Source: a virus
Virus record (IMG/VR): IMGVR_UViG_3300042519_001698
DNA length: 64,000 bases
Direction: 5' to 3' (one strand)
Of the stretch, positions 39,701 to 49,352 are shown piece by piece. Made by a program: the position numbers and the translations under genes. The notes below the pieces were generated by a model. The model did no database searches and was not told the origin of the DNA. It saw nothing but the letters and a program-made list of their open reading frames with translations. How positions within the stretch are numbered: the stretch's first letter is position 1; each line of letters opens with the position of its first letter.

Positions 39701-40570
39701 TACTTTAGCCGATTTGGCAAGTAAGTCACACTTACGTCCCATCTTAGCCCTTGGTACACAAGTTTTACTTATTGAATTTTTTCCACCGTCAGTGTAAACT
39801 CCTCCGATTAAATATGCTTTAGGTTTTATAGTGACACCTCTTTCTGTCAAATCAAAATCAGTTCTTGTTAAACCAATTTCACAATAATCTTCATTACCCC
39901 AAAATGGATATACTTCAATTGATTTATTATATGAAATAATTTGAGGAAGGGTTATTAAATCTTCTGAAGATTTAAATTTGTATTTGTTTTTAAATTTATC
40001 AACACCAGCACCTTGTCTCATTAAATCATATGGTCTTAATGAAAACGCTCCAATGTCTGATAAATCTACATCGACATGTAATGTTTGGTTACCTAATGGT
40101 ACACCCCAAATCATAAAATCACCAGCCTCATTAGTTTTAACCGTATAAGAATAATAGGTTTCGAAAACCTCCAAAATTTCTTCTCTTGTTAAAATATCGG
40201 TTTGGTCAAAGAACGTACCTGTTGGTTCATGTCCTCCGTGTTGTTGTCTAGATGGTAATAAATTGTATTTGTAACCCGCCTCATTTTTGTCATCAGCCTC
40301 TTTATATGGATATAAAGCTGAAATTACGGGGTCATTTTTGTGTTCGTCTTTTAACGGAACAAATATTGAAACTCTTGCATTTGGTATACCTAAACCATTG
40401 TTAACCGAAATCCTACCACAAACAACACCATAATCTGAGCAAAACGAGGCGTACGCGTCTTTCTGACTGAACTTTAAAGATAGAATTTCTAACAATTCAT
40501 AATCTTGCTTTAGTTCGACGGTAATCTTGTTGTCCTTACCAACGTTGGTTAAAATTCTATGTTTTTGCAT
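36797..40570 (-). CDS. Large structural protein with N-terminal carboxypeptidase-regulatory-like beta domain
   Basis: VVCGRISVNNGLGIPNARVSIF...TNEAGDFMIWGVPLG; internal hydrophobic helix; sits next to the wedge genes. Confidence 0.7.
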   Translation of the reverse strand: MQKHRILTNVGKDNKITVELKQDYELLEILSLKFSQKDAYASFCSDYGVVCGRISVNNGLGIPNARVSIFVPLKDEHKNDPVISALYPYKEADDKNEAGYKYNLLPSRQQHGGHEPTGTFFDQTDILTREEILEVFETYYSYTVKTNEAGDFMIWGVPLGNQTLHVDVDLSDIGAFSLRPYDLMRQGAGVDKFKNKYKFKSSEDLITLPQIISYNKSIEVYPFWGNEDYCEIGLTRTDFDLTERGVTIKPKAYLIGGVYTDGGKNSISKTCVPRAKMGRKCDLLAKSAKVELIRFTPVKDENNKPVLEEVILNEDVPDDGGFVIPLEMNMDFIYTNEFGENEITNDPNKGVATSACYRARININDNDLSRVRQNADFLIPNIREYGSYNSTTWTIDDKSYAWSLDWADYPTTAVSNDGSLGILYNENGKYFPKDYFYRFNYNKVYTVSSFQSSYHNDNLFTKDRFIGLKELVPNEEEDCGDHLTPPVNFGLKNYTFTLLIADVLLFFEQLINVVTLTFFNTIAKVFHGLADAVDFFPIKRLSRSIRKFAYRIQDSSQRALYLITYPECEECNDANNLYGIQGSTSTSSEYCQVGTIEITGSGDQSYRILNAANFNSAVPDVGICVGTASPLVDINDFINRQSDYVISFYGNNISLDDTPFSDDGSGGILFDDTSGFFSDSSLYTLIIKDKNATSNPSSNLVTLESGCELYDVPYNESLVAIYYVGTGRTETTVYTPGLDVTATKLSDTTNFKLPTNYEGESYSPITKSGYSEFSNGGFYITPGSLSNKRLFDILIEYRRRKRVGKMFCGGIVNYAFIDNWLSGSLYFFQFKAKKMSDAVNNANENTAKYCRDVVRFVVTQGRFYYRSTKFNGTFVPSVETFGNSSVYKRIGTPTTFVDLGPRDEFIKEITTDPTLDVNSSVVRSIGATSYQNFGEILGLTINYRLDVSNSEFELKDFFTNSGFSSIKLSDVLDGDILQLISTNCETGIEPFDLQSPKYLGYSYQVLDPDLYPQVFKPNGYYGATPITLEFNDDGERVRASLNEPGRLTESSQIVPFHLWDKKGTGFGGTNEATSDDQSWDYTTIQTQPLQGMTYGYSYTGTYDDISDKYLLLPITYNFAGLTITGNTTDQIEFDDVITGKTQSGSLISVGTLLQDYNNQYPGYTVLAVTSGSILNPTVGTLYTRNGPAGNDGSTGWSTQSWTINVDFIIRPTSDYYSGSKQILSTPFQFYFGLKAGKTGLDKFIDLFGPKGAFPPAE

Positions 40571-40575
40571 GATTC

Positions 40576-40615
40576 TTATAATAAATAGAAACGATCGGGT
40601 TTTCTATTATTATAA
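40576..40615. promoter_or_regulatory. Imperfect inverted repeat covering a TATTTATT motif and the initiation region of 36797..40570
   Basis: Arms TTATAATAAATAGAAA and TTTCTATTATTATAA around a short GC-rich loop. Confidence 0.45.
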
Positions 40616-40627
40616 CGAAAAAACATT

Positions 40628-42460
40628 TTAATATGTAGTCGTTCCTAATGTTTTAGTTCTAACTTTGATATCGACATTTGGGAATCTAATTTGGTAAATT
40701 TGGTTAGATTTCATAAAAATAGTCATGTCACTCTGTTGTATCTCTTTGGTACTATCATTTACGTATGATTGTGAAACTTCAGCAGATGAATATTGGCCAC
40801 CGATTTTATTGAAAACTCTAACATCAATTACGTTGATTACACCATTTTCTTGACCAACTTGTCTAATCAAATCACCAACAAATAACGGGTCTCCCATCTT
40901 TCTTTTATCAAATGAGAAGAAATCAATCGTATTGTTAATTGTTGTTTTTATGATATCAGAAGGGTTTTCATTTTTATCAATAATCAAATCAATTTCCAAT
41001 CCTAAGTCTATAACCTCACCATTTGCAATATCTATGTAATCATTTATCATTCTATATTCAGATAGATAATTAATGATATTATTTTTTAATGTGTTAGAAA
41101 CTGTGTCAGTTAAATTACCTTTATCATCATATGATAATATTTTGATTTTAACCTTATTATCTTCTTCCATGACGTTTACCTTAGCCGGTGCTCCGAAAGT
41201 CGATGGCATGACCTCTATTAACGATTTATAGTCATTTAATGTAACCGCCCTATCTTGTGCTGCGAAATTATATGAAATCATATTTCTTAATTCCTCAATT
41301 GTTGGTTGGTCAGCACCACCTACCGCAGGTGTGATATTAGTAACTTTTAAAGATTGTATGACTTGAGTGTTTGTTGAACTAACAGGTCCGTTTACATTGA
41401 ATTCGACAGTATCAATACTGTTTACGACGTTTACACCTACGTTTGAATTTTTACCACCACCAATTCTGTATTTTACGAATAATGTTGTATCTGTTTTTGG
41501 TACTGCACCTAATGATAAATTGTTTAAATAACTCGCTAAATTCACTTTTAATTGACCCGTCATGTAATTATCCAAATTATCTAATGGATTAACAGTCCCA
41601 GAACCAAATATCAATGAGAAATATCCTTCAGGTGTATATTCAGTTATAAACTTATTTGTAACGTCTTTGTAGACTCCAGATTTAAAATTATCCTTATCTG
41701 AAACCGCCGTTGAATCGGGTATAAAAACTCTATTTTGTATTAAACTTTTAACTTCATACCACTTATTTGTGGTTGTTAAAAATTCACTTGGTGTTGGGTT
41801 TGCACCAAATGACGTACCCTCTTTATGTATAATTGAAACAACACCTAAAACATTTTGTTCAGGTAAAAATAACTTCAAGAACGGTTTTTGATCTGTTTGA
41901 TTTATAATTTTTCTATATATTTTACTAACACCGTTAACAACCGCATCTCTTTTTGTGATTGTGTAGGAAACTAAAGTGTTATTTGCATTAAAGTTTGGTA
42001 TTTTAAGTCTATTTGGTTCCCCTTTAGTGTTAAATGGACTAGAGAAATCAATATCCTCTAATGTTTCAAAAACTTGTCCACCACCTGAAACTTGAGCTCC
42101 TGTTTTTAAAATACCCAAATATCTTTCATCTTCCTTGTCTCCTCTAACAGGTACATTTATTGAGAAATCACACAAACAAACCGATGGTCTGTTACCGGGT
42201 ATTTTAAGTCCGTAGGTTTTTGCAATGTGATATAACGATTGTCTTTGTTGAGCAAAGTCCAACATAGTTTCTTGCCAAACCCTATCAATGTGATAATGTA
42301 AGTTATCGGTAACAGCCGCGTTTAAATCTAACAATACAGAATATATTGACGCATCATTGGTGTTTTTAACCAAATCAGGATAATATTGTTTAGTTAGGTT
42401 TACTAATTCCTGTCTTAAACCCGCAAAATCACGGGTTGCATATGATATTTTTTTACTCAT
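40628..42460 (-). CDS. Baseplate wedge subunit (T4 gp6/baseplate J-like)
   Basis: RDFAGLRQEL, AQQRQSL..IAK..G, GGAD..TIEELR, AAQDRAVT..DY. Confidence 0.9.
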   Translation of the reverse strand: MSKKISYATRDFAGLRQELVNLTKQYYPDLVKNTNDASIYSVLLDLNAAVTDNLHYHIDRVWQETMLDFAQQRQSLYHIAKTYGLKIPGNRPSVCLCDFSINVPVRGDKEDERYLGILKTGAQVSGGGQVFETLEDIDFSSPFNTKGEPNRLKIPNFNANNTLVSYTITKRDAVVNGVSKIYRKIINQTDQKPFLKLFLPEQNVLGVVSIIHKEGTSFGANPTPSEFLTTTNKWYEVKSLIQNRVFIPDSTAVSDKDNFKSGVYKDVTNKFITEYTPEGYFSLIFGSGTVNPLDNLDNYMTGQLKVNLASYLNNLSLGAVPKTDTTLFVKYRIGGGKNSNVGVNVVNSIDTVEFNVNGPVSSTNTQVIQSLKVTNITPAVGGADQPTIEELRNMISYNFAAQDRAVTLNDYKSLIEVMPSTFGAPAKVNVMEEDNKVKIKILSYDDKGNLTDTVSNTLKNNIINYLSEYRMINDYIDIANGEVIDLGLEIDLIIDKNENPSDIIKTTINNTIDFFSFDKRKMGDPLFVGDLIRQVGQENGVINVIDVRVFNKIGGQYSSAEVSQSYVNDSTKEIQQSDMTIFMKSNQIYQIRFPNVDIKVRTKTLGTTTY

Positions 42461-42461
42461 C

Positions 42462-42911
42462 TTAAATGTTTAATATTACAAAATCTGAAGTTGAAAATGC
42501 TCCATTAGTTACTGTGTATTCAATTTTTACTTTGGCAGTATATGGTTTGGTTGAATGGTCGGAAACCCTGAATAGTCTTTCATCTTCCATCATGTTAAAT
42601 GTGGTTGTTTCATCGGGGTCATCCTCCGCGGACATGACATTAATTGATGTGATATCTAAATTAGGGATATAGGTTTTTACCGTCTCTCTAATCTCACTTT
42701 CAATCAATCCGAATGTTACCATATCGTTTTGGTCGAAGATAAATTGATATAAACGGGTACCAAAATCAGGTAAGAAATATCTACTACCTTTTCTTGTCAG
42801 TAAAAGATGAATTAGGTTTCCTCTAATCTCTCTTTCTGCCTCTCCTGTCATTTTTAAAAACTTTCCTTCTAAACTATCTCGGAAAGGAAAATCTATACCA
42901 TATGTCGCCAT
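42462..42911 (-). CDS. Baseplate gp25/GPW-like sheath-initiator protein
   Basis: GIDFPF, NLIHLLLTRKGSR...PDFGT.L..FIFDQ, I...P. Confidence 0.92.
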   Translation of the reverse strand: MATYGIDFPFRDSLEGKFLKMTGEAEREIRGNLIHLLLTRKGSRYFLPDFGTRLYQFIFDQNDMVTFGLIESEIRETVKTYIPNLDITSINVMSAEDDPDETTTFNMMEDERLFRVSDHSTKPYTAKVKIEYTVTNGAFSTSDFVILNI

Positions 42912-42914
42912 ACC

Positions 42915-42922
42915 TATAAATA
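42915..42922 (-). promoter_or_regulatory. TATTTATA putative late-promoter motif
   Basis: 3 nt upstream of the ATG at 42911, just downstream of the nrdA terminator. Confidence 0.55.
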
Positions 42923-42946
42923 TAAACTAATATAAAATGGTAATAA

Positions 42947-42974
42947 ATAAAAAAATCCAGCCGAAGCTGGATTT
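42947..42974 (-). terminator. Intrinsic terminator after nrdA
   Basis: Minus strand: AAAUCCAGC-UUCG-GCUGGAUUU followed by a U-tract; C(UUCG)G tetraloop. Confidence 0.9.
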
Positions 42975-42982
42975 AAATTAGT

Positions 42983-43042
42983 GTCTTAATATTCACCCCC
43001 TATATTCTCAAGACCTGGGAGTACTCTTCAAGGGGTCTCCCA
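42983..43042 (-). ncRNA. Candidate pseudoknotted structured RNA in the nrdA 3' UTR
   Basis: 28/60 G+C. Stems UGGGAG/CUCCCA and GUCUU..AAUAU/AUAUUAAGAC; the loops are complementary (ACCCCUU with AGGGGGU). Confidence 0.5.
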
Positions 43043-43047
43043 TTATT

Positions 43048-45480
43048 TTAAGAACCACATCCCTCACAATCAAATGGAGAGTCTACTGGTTTTTCCGATG
43101 TCATTACTACCTCAGGTGTTTCTTCACTTATTAAAGAATTATTTTTTGGTACTTCAACATTATTTACTGATGACGTTTGTTCAATTGGTTTTGATGTTGA
43201 CATATCCACACCCAAACCTTTAATTGCATCCACCGCCGCTCTTGTTCTTAAATAATACATACCCGTTTTTAACCCCAATTTCCAACCAAATAAATGTGCG
43301 GCTAATAATTTGGGTTTGGTAGCGTTATCCACAAATAAATTCAATGATTGTGACTGATCAATAAAAACACTTCTATTGGCTGCCATTTGTAAAATTCTCT
43401 TTTGTGACATTTCCCAAACGGTCTTATATACTTCCTTCATTTCTGTAGGAATTTCAGGTATGTTTTGAACTGAACCATTTTCCATGATTAGTTTATTTTT
43501 AATACCTTCATTCCATAAACCAATTTTTATTAAATCATAAACCAAGTGTTTATTAATCATAATAAATTCACCACTTAATGTTCTACGAGAATATAAGTTA
43601 GTTGTAAACGGTTCAAACGCTTCATTATTACCTAAAATTTGTGCAGTCGATGCAGTTGGCATTGGTGCAACTAATAATGAATTTCTAACACCATTTGTTT
43701 TAATTTCTTTTCTTAAAGATTTCCAATCCCAACGACCTGATAAATCTGAATCTTTTTTACCCCACATTTCATATTGTAAAATACCCTTTTCAATTGGTGA
43801 ACCTACAATTGTTTCATATGGACCAAATTCTTTCGCTAAATCTTTTGATGAAGTTAATGCCGCAAAATAAATTGTTTCAAAAATATCTGTTTGTAATTTA
43901 TCAGCCATTTCAGATTCAAAAGGTAAAGCCAATTTACACATTACGTCCGCCAAACCTTGAACACCTAAACCAACAGGACGATGTCTAAAGTTTGAACGTT
44001 TAGTTTCTTCGGTTGGGTAGAAGTTTAAATCAATTACATTGTTTAAGTTCTTAACAACTTGATATGTGTATTCATAAAGTAACTCATGATTGAATTCTCC
44101 ATCAAGGATATATTTTGGTAACGCGATTGATGCTAAATTACAAACTGCTTGTTCAGTTGGTGAACTATATTCAATAATTTCTGTACATAAATTTGAAGAT
44201 TTAATAGTACCTAAATTCTTTTGATTTGATTTATAATTCGCTGGGTCCTTGTATAACATGTAAGGTGTTCCCGTTTCAATTTGTGCAGTTAAGATTGCGT
44301 CCATTAATTTTCTTGCCTTAACTACTTTTCTTGCCTTACCATCCTTTTCATATGATTCATATAAACGAGTGAATGCTTTATCTTCAGGACTGTCGTAAGC
44401 GTCGGATAATCCTGGCGCCTCGTCAGGTGAAAATAGGGACCAATCTCCATCACTTTCAACACGTTGCATAAATAAATCGGGAGTCCACATCGCTAAGAAT
44501 AAATCTCTCGCTCTCATTTCTTCCTTACCATGATTCTTTCTTAAATCAATAAAATCAAAAATATCTGAATGCCAAGGTTCAAGATAAATAGCAAAAGAAC
44601 CTTTACGTTTACCACCTTGATTAATCCATCGAGCAACCTCATTGTATGTTTTTAACATTGGTAACAGACCATCTGAAAGACCTCCTGTTCCTTTTATATA
44701 AGAACCTTTGGCTCTAACATCATGAACGTGTAAACCAATTCCACCAGCCCATTTAGAAATCTTAGCCACATCTTTGATTGTATCAAACAACCCATCAATA
44801 TCATCACCTTTATTTCCAATTAAAAAACAAGATGACATTTGAGCTCGTTTTGTGCCGGCATTAAACAGCGTTGGGGTTGCATGTGTGTAATAATGTTGGG
44901 ATAAGTCATCATAAATACGAATCGCAGTTCCAACATCACCTTTACAAATACCTACCGCGACTCTCATATACATGTATTGTGGTCTTTCAATAATACGTTC
45001 ACCTATCTTTAATAGATATGAACGTTCTAATGTTTTAAAACCAAAATAATCGAAATCCAAATCTCTTTCTTGGTGAATTGAACCGTCAAGTGATTCTTTA
45101 TTGTTCATGACAAACTCATAAACTCCTTCATCAATTAAAGAAGATTCTTTACCTGTTTTTGGTTCAATAAAAGAATATAGTTCTTTAATACATTGTGAAA
45201 ATTTCTTATGAGTTGTTTTATGTAAATTAGAAACGGCAAGTCTTCCTGCTAATTTTGAATAATCAGGATGTGTTGTGGCCATCGCCGCCGCAGTTTCTGC
45301 AGCAAGAACATCTAATTCAGTTGTAGAAATTCCATCATATATTCCTTGTGTAACTTTTAAAGTAACGTAGGTTGGGTCTATGTATTCTAAATTTAAATCA
45401 CTACAAAATACACTTATTCTTCTTGTAATCTTATCGTATCTCATCTCCTCTAAGGAACCGTCTCTTTTTTTTACTTTCAT
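43048..45480 (-). CDS. nrdA: Ribonucleotide reductase class Ia alpha subunit
   Basis: N-terminal ATP cone (VKKRDG), ATPTLFN, SSCFL, SSNLCTEI, APMPTAST, YYLR and C-terminal CEGC. Confidence 0.98.
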   Translation of the reverse strand: MKVKKRDGSLEEMRYDKITRRISVFCSDLNLEYIDPTYVTLKVTQGIYDGISTTELDVLAAETAAAMATTHPDYSKLAGRLAVSNLHKTTHKKFSQCIKELYSFIEPKTGKESSLIDEGVYEFVMNNKESLDGSIHQERDLDFDYFGFKTLERSYLLKIGERIIERPQYMYMRVAVGICKGDVGTAIRIYDDLSQHYYTHATPTLFNAGTKRAQMSSCFLIGNKGDDIDGLFDTIKDVAKISKWAGGIGLHVHDVRAKGSYIKGTGGLSDGLLPMLKTYNEVARWINQGGKRKGSFAIYLEPWHSDIFDFIDLRKNHGKEEMRARDLFLAMWTPDLFMQRVESDGDWSLFSPDEAPGLSDAYDSPEDKAFTRLYESYEKDGKARKVVKARKLMDAILTAQIETGTPYMLYKDPANYKSNQKNLGTIKSSNLCTEIIEYSSPTEQAVCNLASIALPKYILDGEFNHELLYEYTYQVVKNLNNVIDLNFYPTEETKRSNFRHRPVGLGVQGLADVMCKLALPFESEMADKLQTDIFETIYFAALTSSKDLAKEFGPYETIVGSPIEKGILQYEMWGKKDSDLSGRWDWKSLRKEIKTNGVRNSLLVAPMPTASTAQILGNNEAFEPFTTNLYSRRTLSGEFIMINKHLVYDLIKIGLWNEGIKNKLIMENGSVQNIPEIPTEMKEVYKTVWEMSQKRILQMAANRSVFIDQSQSLNLFVDNATKPKLLAAHLFGWKLGLKTGMYYLRTRAAVDAIKGLGVDMSTSKPIEQTSSVNNVEVPKNNSLISEETPEVVMTSEKPVDSPFDCEGCGS

Positions 45481-45495
45481 TTTTATTTTCTAATT

Positions 45496-46473
45496 TTAAA
45501 AATCAACATCACCAAATGCAGAATCTAAATCTTCAGATTCGTTTGTTTTATTCACACCAGCTTTTTGATACTCGGCAACTCTTTTCTCAAAGAAATTTGT
45601 TTTACCTTGTAATGCAATGTTTTGCATAAAATCAAATGGATTCTCTGAGTTATAAACTTTAGATACTCCTAAGGCAATCAATAATCTATCAGTTACAAAT
45701 TCAAGATATTGTGACATTAAATCTGAGTTCATACCGATTAAACGAACTGGTAATGCCTCAAGTATAAATTCTTTTTCAATCTCTAAAGCCCCACATATAA
45801 TTTCTTTAATTCTTTCAGGTTTTACTTTATTTTGAATATGTTGATTATAGATATGACATGCAAAATCACAATGCATACCTTCATCACGAGATATCAATTC
45901 ATTTGAAAATGTAAGTCCGGGTAATAACCCTCTTTTCTTTAACCAAAAAATTGAACAGAATGAACCTGAAAAGAAGATACCTTCAACCGCAGCAAATGCA
46001 ATTAATCTATCAACAAACGACTCTGAATTAATCCATTTTAATGCCCAATCAGCTTTCTTTTTAACAGCAGGAATTGTGTCGATAGCATTGAATAAGAAAT
46101 GTTGTTCATCTTTGTCTTTTACCAAAGTGTCAATTAAAAGTGAATATGTTTCACTATGGATGTTCTCCATCATAATTTGAAATCCGTAGAAAAACTTAGC
46201 TTCAGTATATTGAACTTCGTTTAAGAAGTTTATTGCCAAATTTTCATTTACGATTCCGTCAGATGCTGCGAAAAATGCCAATACATGTTTTACGAAATGT
46301 TGTTCGTCAGCATTTAGTTTATTTTCCCAATCAGAAACATCTTGTCCTAAATCAATTTCTTCAGCTGTCCAAAAAGACGCTTCAGATTGTTTATAGAACT
46401 TCCATAGGTCATGGTGTTCGATAGGGAAAACGACAAATCTCCCTGGATTGTCTTGTAATATTTTTTCAGTCAT
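45496..46473 (-). CDS. nrdB: Ribonucleotide reductase class Ia beta subunit
   Basis: [46 protein letters not shown]. Confidence 0.98.
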   Translation of the reverse strand: MTEKILQDNPGRFVVFPIEHHDLWKFYKQSEASFWTAEEIDLGQDVSDWENKLNADEQHFVKHVLAFFAASDGIVNENLAINFLNEVQYTEAKFFYGFQIMMENIHSETYSLLIDTLVKDKDEQHFLFNAIDTIPAVKKKADWALKWINSESFVDRLIAFAAVEGIFFSGSFCSIFWLKKRGLLPGLTFSNELISRDEGMHCDFACHIYNQHIQNKVKPERIKEIICGALEIEKEFILEALPVRLIGMNSDLMSQYLEFVTDRLLIALGVSKVYNSENPFDFMQNIALQGKTNFFEKRVAEYQKAGVNKTNESEDLDSAFGDVDF

Positions 46474-46484
46474 TTTGATTTTTT

Positions 46485-47867
46485 TTAATTTTTAACTACT
46501 AAACCTGCCTTTCTTTCTTGTGTCCTTTTGTAGACATCTGCCGCTCTAGTTGCTCTCTCTTGTACTTTTTGTTCTTCAAATCCAAGAAGAGTATTCTGTG
46601 TGTCGGTATCAATAACAAGATATTCATTATTGAACTTACAGTTTTGAAATATAACACCGTCTCTACCAATACGTGATTTAAGTAAAGTTAATGTTGCTAA
46701 GTTATTTTCTTTTTGTTCAAGTGTTTTAGCGATTGAAACAATTACGTGGGCAATTTGTGCTTTCTTAATTGATCCTCCCATTTGGTCACTATTAACAACT
46801 TCAGATGAAATTGATTCTCTATTACCTTGTGTCGCCGTCCATATTGCAATATCGAATTCACCTGTCATTGATTCTAAACTTCTCATAATAGAACCCTCTC
46901 CTTTCCATTCTTCTCCATTTACACTTCTTTCGGGAGATATACAATCAACATAATCAATGAGTAGCAAATCTATTTTAAATCCGTCAGAAATCAATTTTCT
47001 AACTTTATTTTTTATTTCAGATATTGTTACATTATCACTCGCTAATTTTAAAAGTTTAATTCCACCTTTAGATTGTACTTCAGCTTCTTTAACCTTTATT
47101 TTTACCTCTTCAGCGTTTTCTGGTTGATCTTTAGGTGCAACACCTGACCATATGGTATAATGTTTTCTTTTAATATTACCTGGATTATCTTCAAAAAACA
47201 CTTGTAAAACATTATATCCTTGGTTATATGCCGTGTTAGCCATTTTAGTAAGTAAGGTAGTCTTACCAGTACCCGTAGGAGCTAATACAATACCCAATTC
47301 TCCTCTTCCAAGTCCACCCTCTAACAAGTTGTCGATTCCAACAATACCTGTCGCAATTGGAAGTCTATTGTCCTTTTCTAATGCTAAATCAATGTCCTCA
47401 AATACATCCGTTCCGTCATCGTTCATTAAACCGATTTGTAACGCTTTTTGTATGATTTCCTCAATCTTATTATAAGATTCAAATTCACCATTGTCAATAA
47501 TGTTATGTACATCTTTAAGTTTCTTCTTTAAGTTCTGTTGTTTACAGAAATTAAGGGCGGTATCTTGTATGTATTCAGTATTGACTTCTAATTGTTTAAT
47601 AGCTTCAAGAGTATCAACGTGTTTTGTTGAGTCATTACCACCTTCGGCCATTAACTTTTGTGCAACCGTATCGTAGTTTGGTATAGTGTTATACGTTTTG
47701 AATAACTCTTTAACATTTTCCATGATAAATTTAAACGATGTATTATCAAAATATCTACTTTCTAAAACATCAATAATCGTTTCTCCGTACTTCTTGTTTT
47801 CGATTATTGACTTAATAAGTGATTGTTGAAATGAAAATCCTAAATTACCAAAATTCTTCTCTGCCAT
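46485..47867 (-). CDS. dnaB: Replicative DNA helicase (DnaB/T4 gp41-like)
   Basis: Walker [29 protein letters not shown]. Confidence 0.93.
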   Translation of the reverse strand: MAEKNFGNLGFSFQQSLIKSIIENKKYGETIIDVLESRYFDNTSFKFIMENVKELFKTYNTIPNYDTVAQKLMAEGGNDSTKHVDTLEAIKQLEVNTEYIQDTALNFCKQQNLKKKLKDVHNIIDNGEFESYNKIEEIIQKALQIGLMNDDGTDVFEDIDLALEKDNRLPIATGIVGIDNLLEGGLGRGELGIVLAPTGTGKTTLLTKMANTAYNQGYNVLQVFFEDNPGNIKRKHYTIWSGVAPKDQPENAEEVKIKVKEAEVQSKGGIKLLKLASDNVTISEIKNKVRKLISDGFKIDLLLIDYVDCISPERSVNGEEWKGEGSIMRSLESMTGEFDIAIWTATQGNRESISSEVVNSDQMGGSIKKAQIAHVIVSIAKTLEQKENNLATLTLLKSRIGRDGVIFQNCKFNNEYLVIDTDTQNTLLGFEEQKVQERATRAADVYKRTQERKAGLVVKN

Positions 47868-47881
47868 TTTATATATATATT

Positions 47882-48328
47882 TTATAGTTCATAATTCAAA
47901 TACGTTGTCTCCAATTCATCAGATGATAAAATGTCAGTTAAATCTGTCAAAATTCTCTTAAGTCTTGGTCGAACATCCACCGTGTATCTAACCTTTGGAT
48001 GGTAGTAAAATGCTGGGAATATTCTTTGAATAAATACATCCTCATTCAACTTAATTTCCAATAAAAAGTGTTCTTTATCCTTCTCATTTGAATCTTCCAC
48101 ATAGTCAGAAGACAAGATAAAATTTGCATTCTCACATAGATAATTGGAACTTTTTATTTTTAAATCTTCAGCAATATCATCACAAATATTTTTCACATAG
48201 TAGTGTAAGTCCATTGATCTTCTAGATGGGTCATAGTGGTCTTTAACGTTAAAAAATCTTTGGACAATGATGTTTCCCTCTAATGATAATAGGAATTCGA
48301 ATTTAGTAATGTTTTCTTGATTACTCAT
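47882..48328 (-). CDS. Hypothetical protein in the replication cluster
   Basis: 148 aa ORF, coupled to its neighbours. Confidence 0.75.
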   Translation of the reverse strand: MSNQENITKFEFLLSLEGNIIVQRFFNVKDHYDPSRRSMDLHYYVKNICDDIAEDLKIKSSNYLCENANFILSSDYVEDSNEKDKEHFLLEIKLNEDVFIQRIFPAFYYHPKVRYTVDVRPRLKRILTDLTDILSSDELETTYLNYEL

Positions 48329-49340
48329 AGTTTTTAATTTTTATTATTCTTTTATTTTTTTCCTTTCTTGTGAGACGTAAAAATGGGTTTAAAAATTTTA
48401 TCCATGCATCATCCGATTTTGGTAACACATTGAATAATCCATCTTCCATCATCATTTTCATGGTATTTTTATAAGACCTCCCCTCAGGGTCTAAATTTTC
48501 ATTAATTAGTGAATCTATATTTTGTTTTGCCTCATCAGTAAGGAACGGGTCATCCAAACTTACAATACGACTGTTTACATCGAAGAACTCATCTCCAAAA
48601 ACTCCATGCTTAGTTACACCTGTAAGTAGATTAGTTACTAACCTATTTGTCTTATCTTGTTCAAATAAGACGTTACATTTGTCTTTAACTTGTTCAATTG
48701 AAATTTTTTCTGTTTTTAGTTCAGGGAAAAGTGATAAAAATCTCTTAACTCCCATTCCTCTTATACCTGCGATGTTGTCTGAAGAGTCTCCGCACATCAT
48801 TTTAACCAATTTAACATTTTCAATTAAAATTTCTTCGTGGTCGTAAACAATCGTATCGTTTTGTTTGTATATTTTTCCGTGTGACGGGTTGTATATTTGT
48901 GTAGTTTCTGAAACAAGTTGAGTTAAATCTCCATCAGATGAGTAAACTATCTTAGACTCGTTGTTTGATTTTTGTGAATAATATGCAATACAATCGTCAG
49001 TTTCACAATATTCATATTCTCCTTGTCTAACAAAAAGTTCTTCTAAATATTGTTTTACCCTATCCCTTTGATATCCGTATGAGTTAATCTCTTCTTCAGA
49101 ACGAAGTCTAGATTTTCTGTTCTCCTTGTAATGGATATAAATTTTCTTTCTGGTTTGTGAACCGTCAAGTCCATCCCAAAATACCACAATTTTATCTAAA
49201 TGATACGTCTCAAATGCTCTTCTAAGGGTATTAAGAAAATGATATATTCCCCCAATATGTGTCCCTTTATAGAAGTAATTCTTGACACCATAAAAACCAA
49301 TCGTAAGTAAATTGTCACCATCAACAAGTAAAACAGACAT
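48321..49340 (-). CDS. 5'-3' exonuclease/flap endonuclease (T4 RNase H, Pol I N-terminal-like)
   Basis: LLVDGDN, VFWDG, ETDD, SSDGDL.QL and GDSSDNIAGIRG.G helix-hairpin-helix. Confidence 0.93.
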   Translation of the reverse strand: MSVLLVDGDNLLTIGFYGVKNYFYKGTHIGGIYHFLNTLRRAFETYHLDKIVVFWDGLDGSQTRKKIYIHYKENRKSRLRSEEEINSYGYQRDRVKQYLEELFVRQGEYEYCETDDCIAYYSQKSNNESKIVYSSDGDLTQLVSETTQIYNPSHGKIYKQNDTIVYDHEEILIENVKLVKMMCGDSSDNIAGIRGMGVKRFLSLFPELKTEKISIEQVKDKCNVLFEQDKTNRLVTNLLTGVTKHGVFGDEFFDVNSRIVSLDDPFLTDEAKQNIDSLINENLDPEGRSYKNTMKMMMEDGLFNVLPKSDDAWIKFLNPFLRLTRKEKNKRIIKIKNYE

Positions 49341-49352
49341 TAATAAATTTTA

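Noticed and set aside
42983-43042. HDV/theta or hammerhead ribozyme, or SECIS element
   Set aside because: The 15-nt loop cannot hold P2/P3/L3, there is no CUGANGA plus GAAA core, and nrdA ends in TAA rather than TGA.
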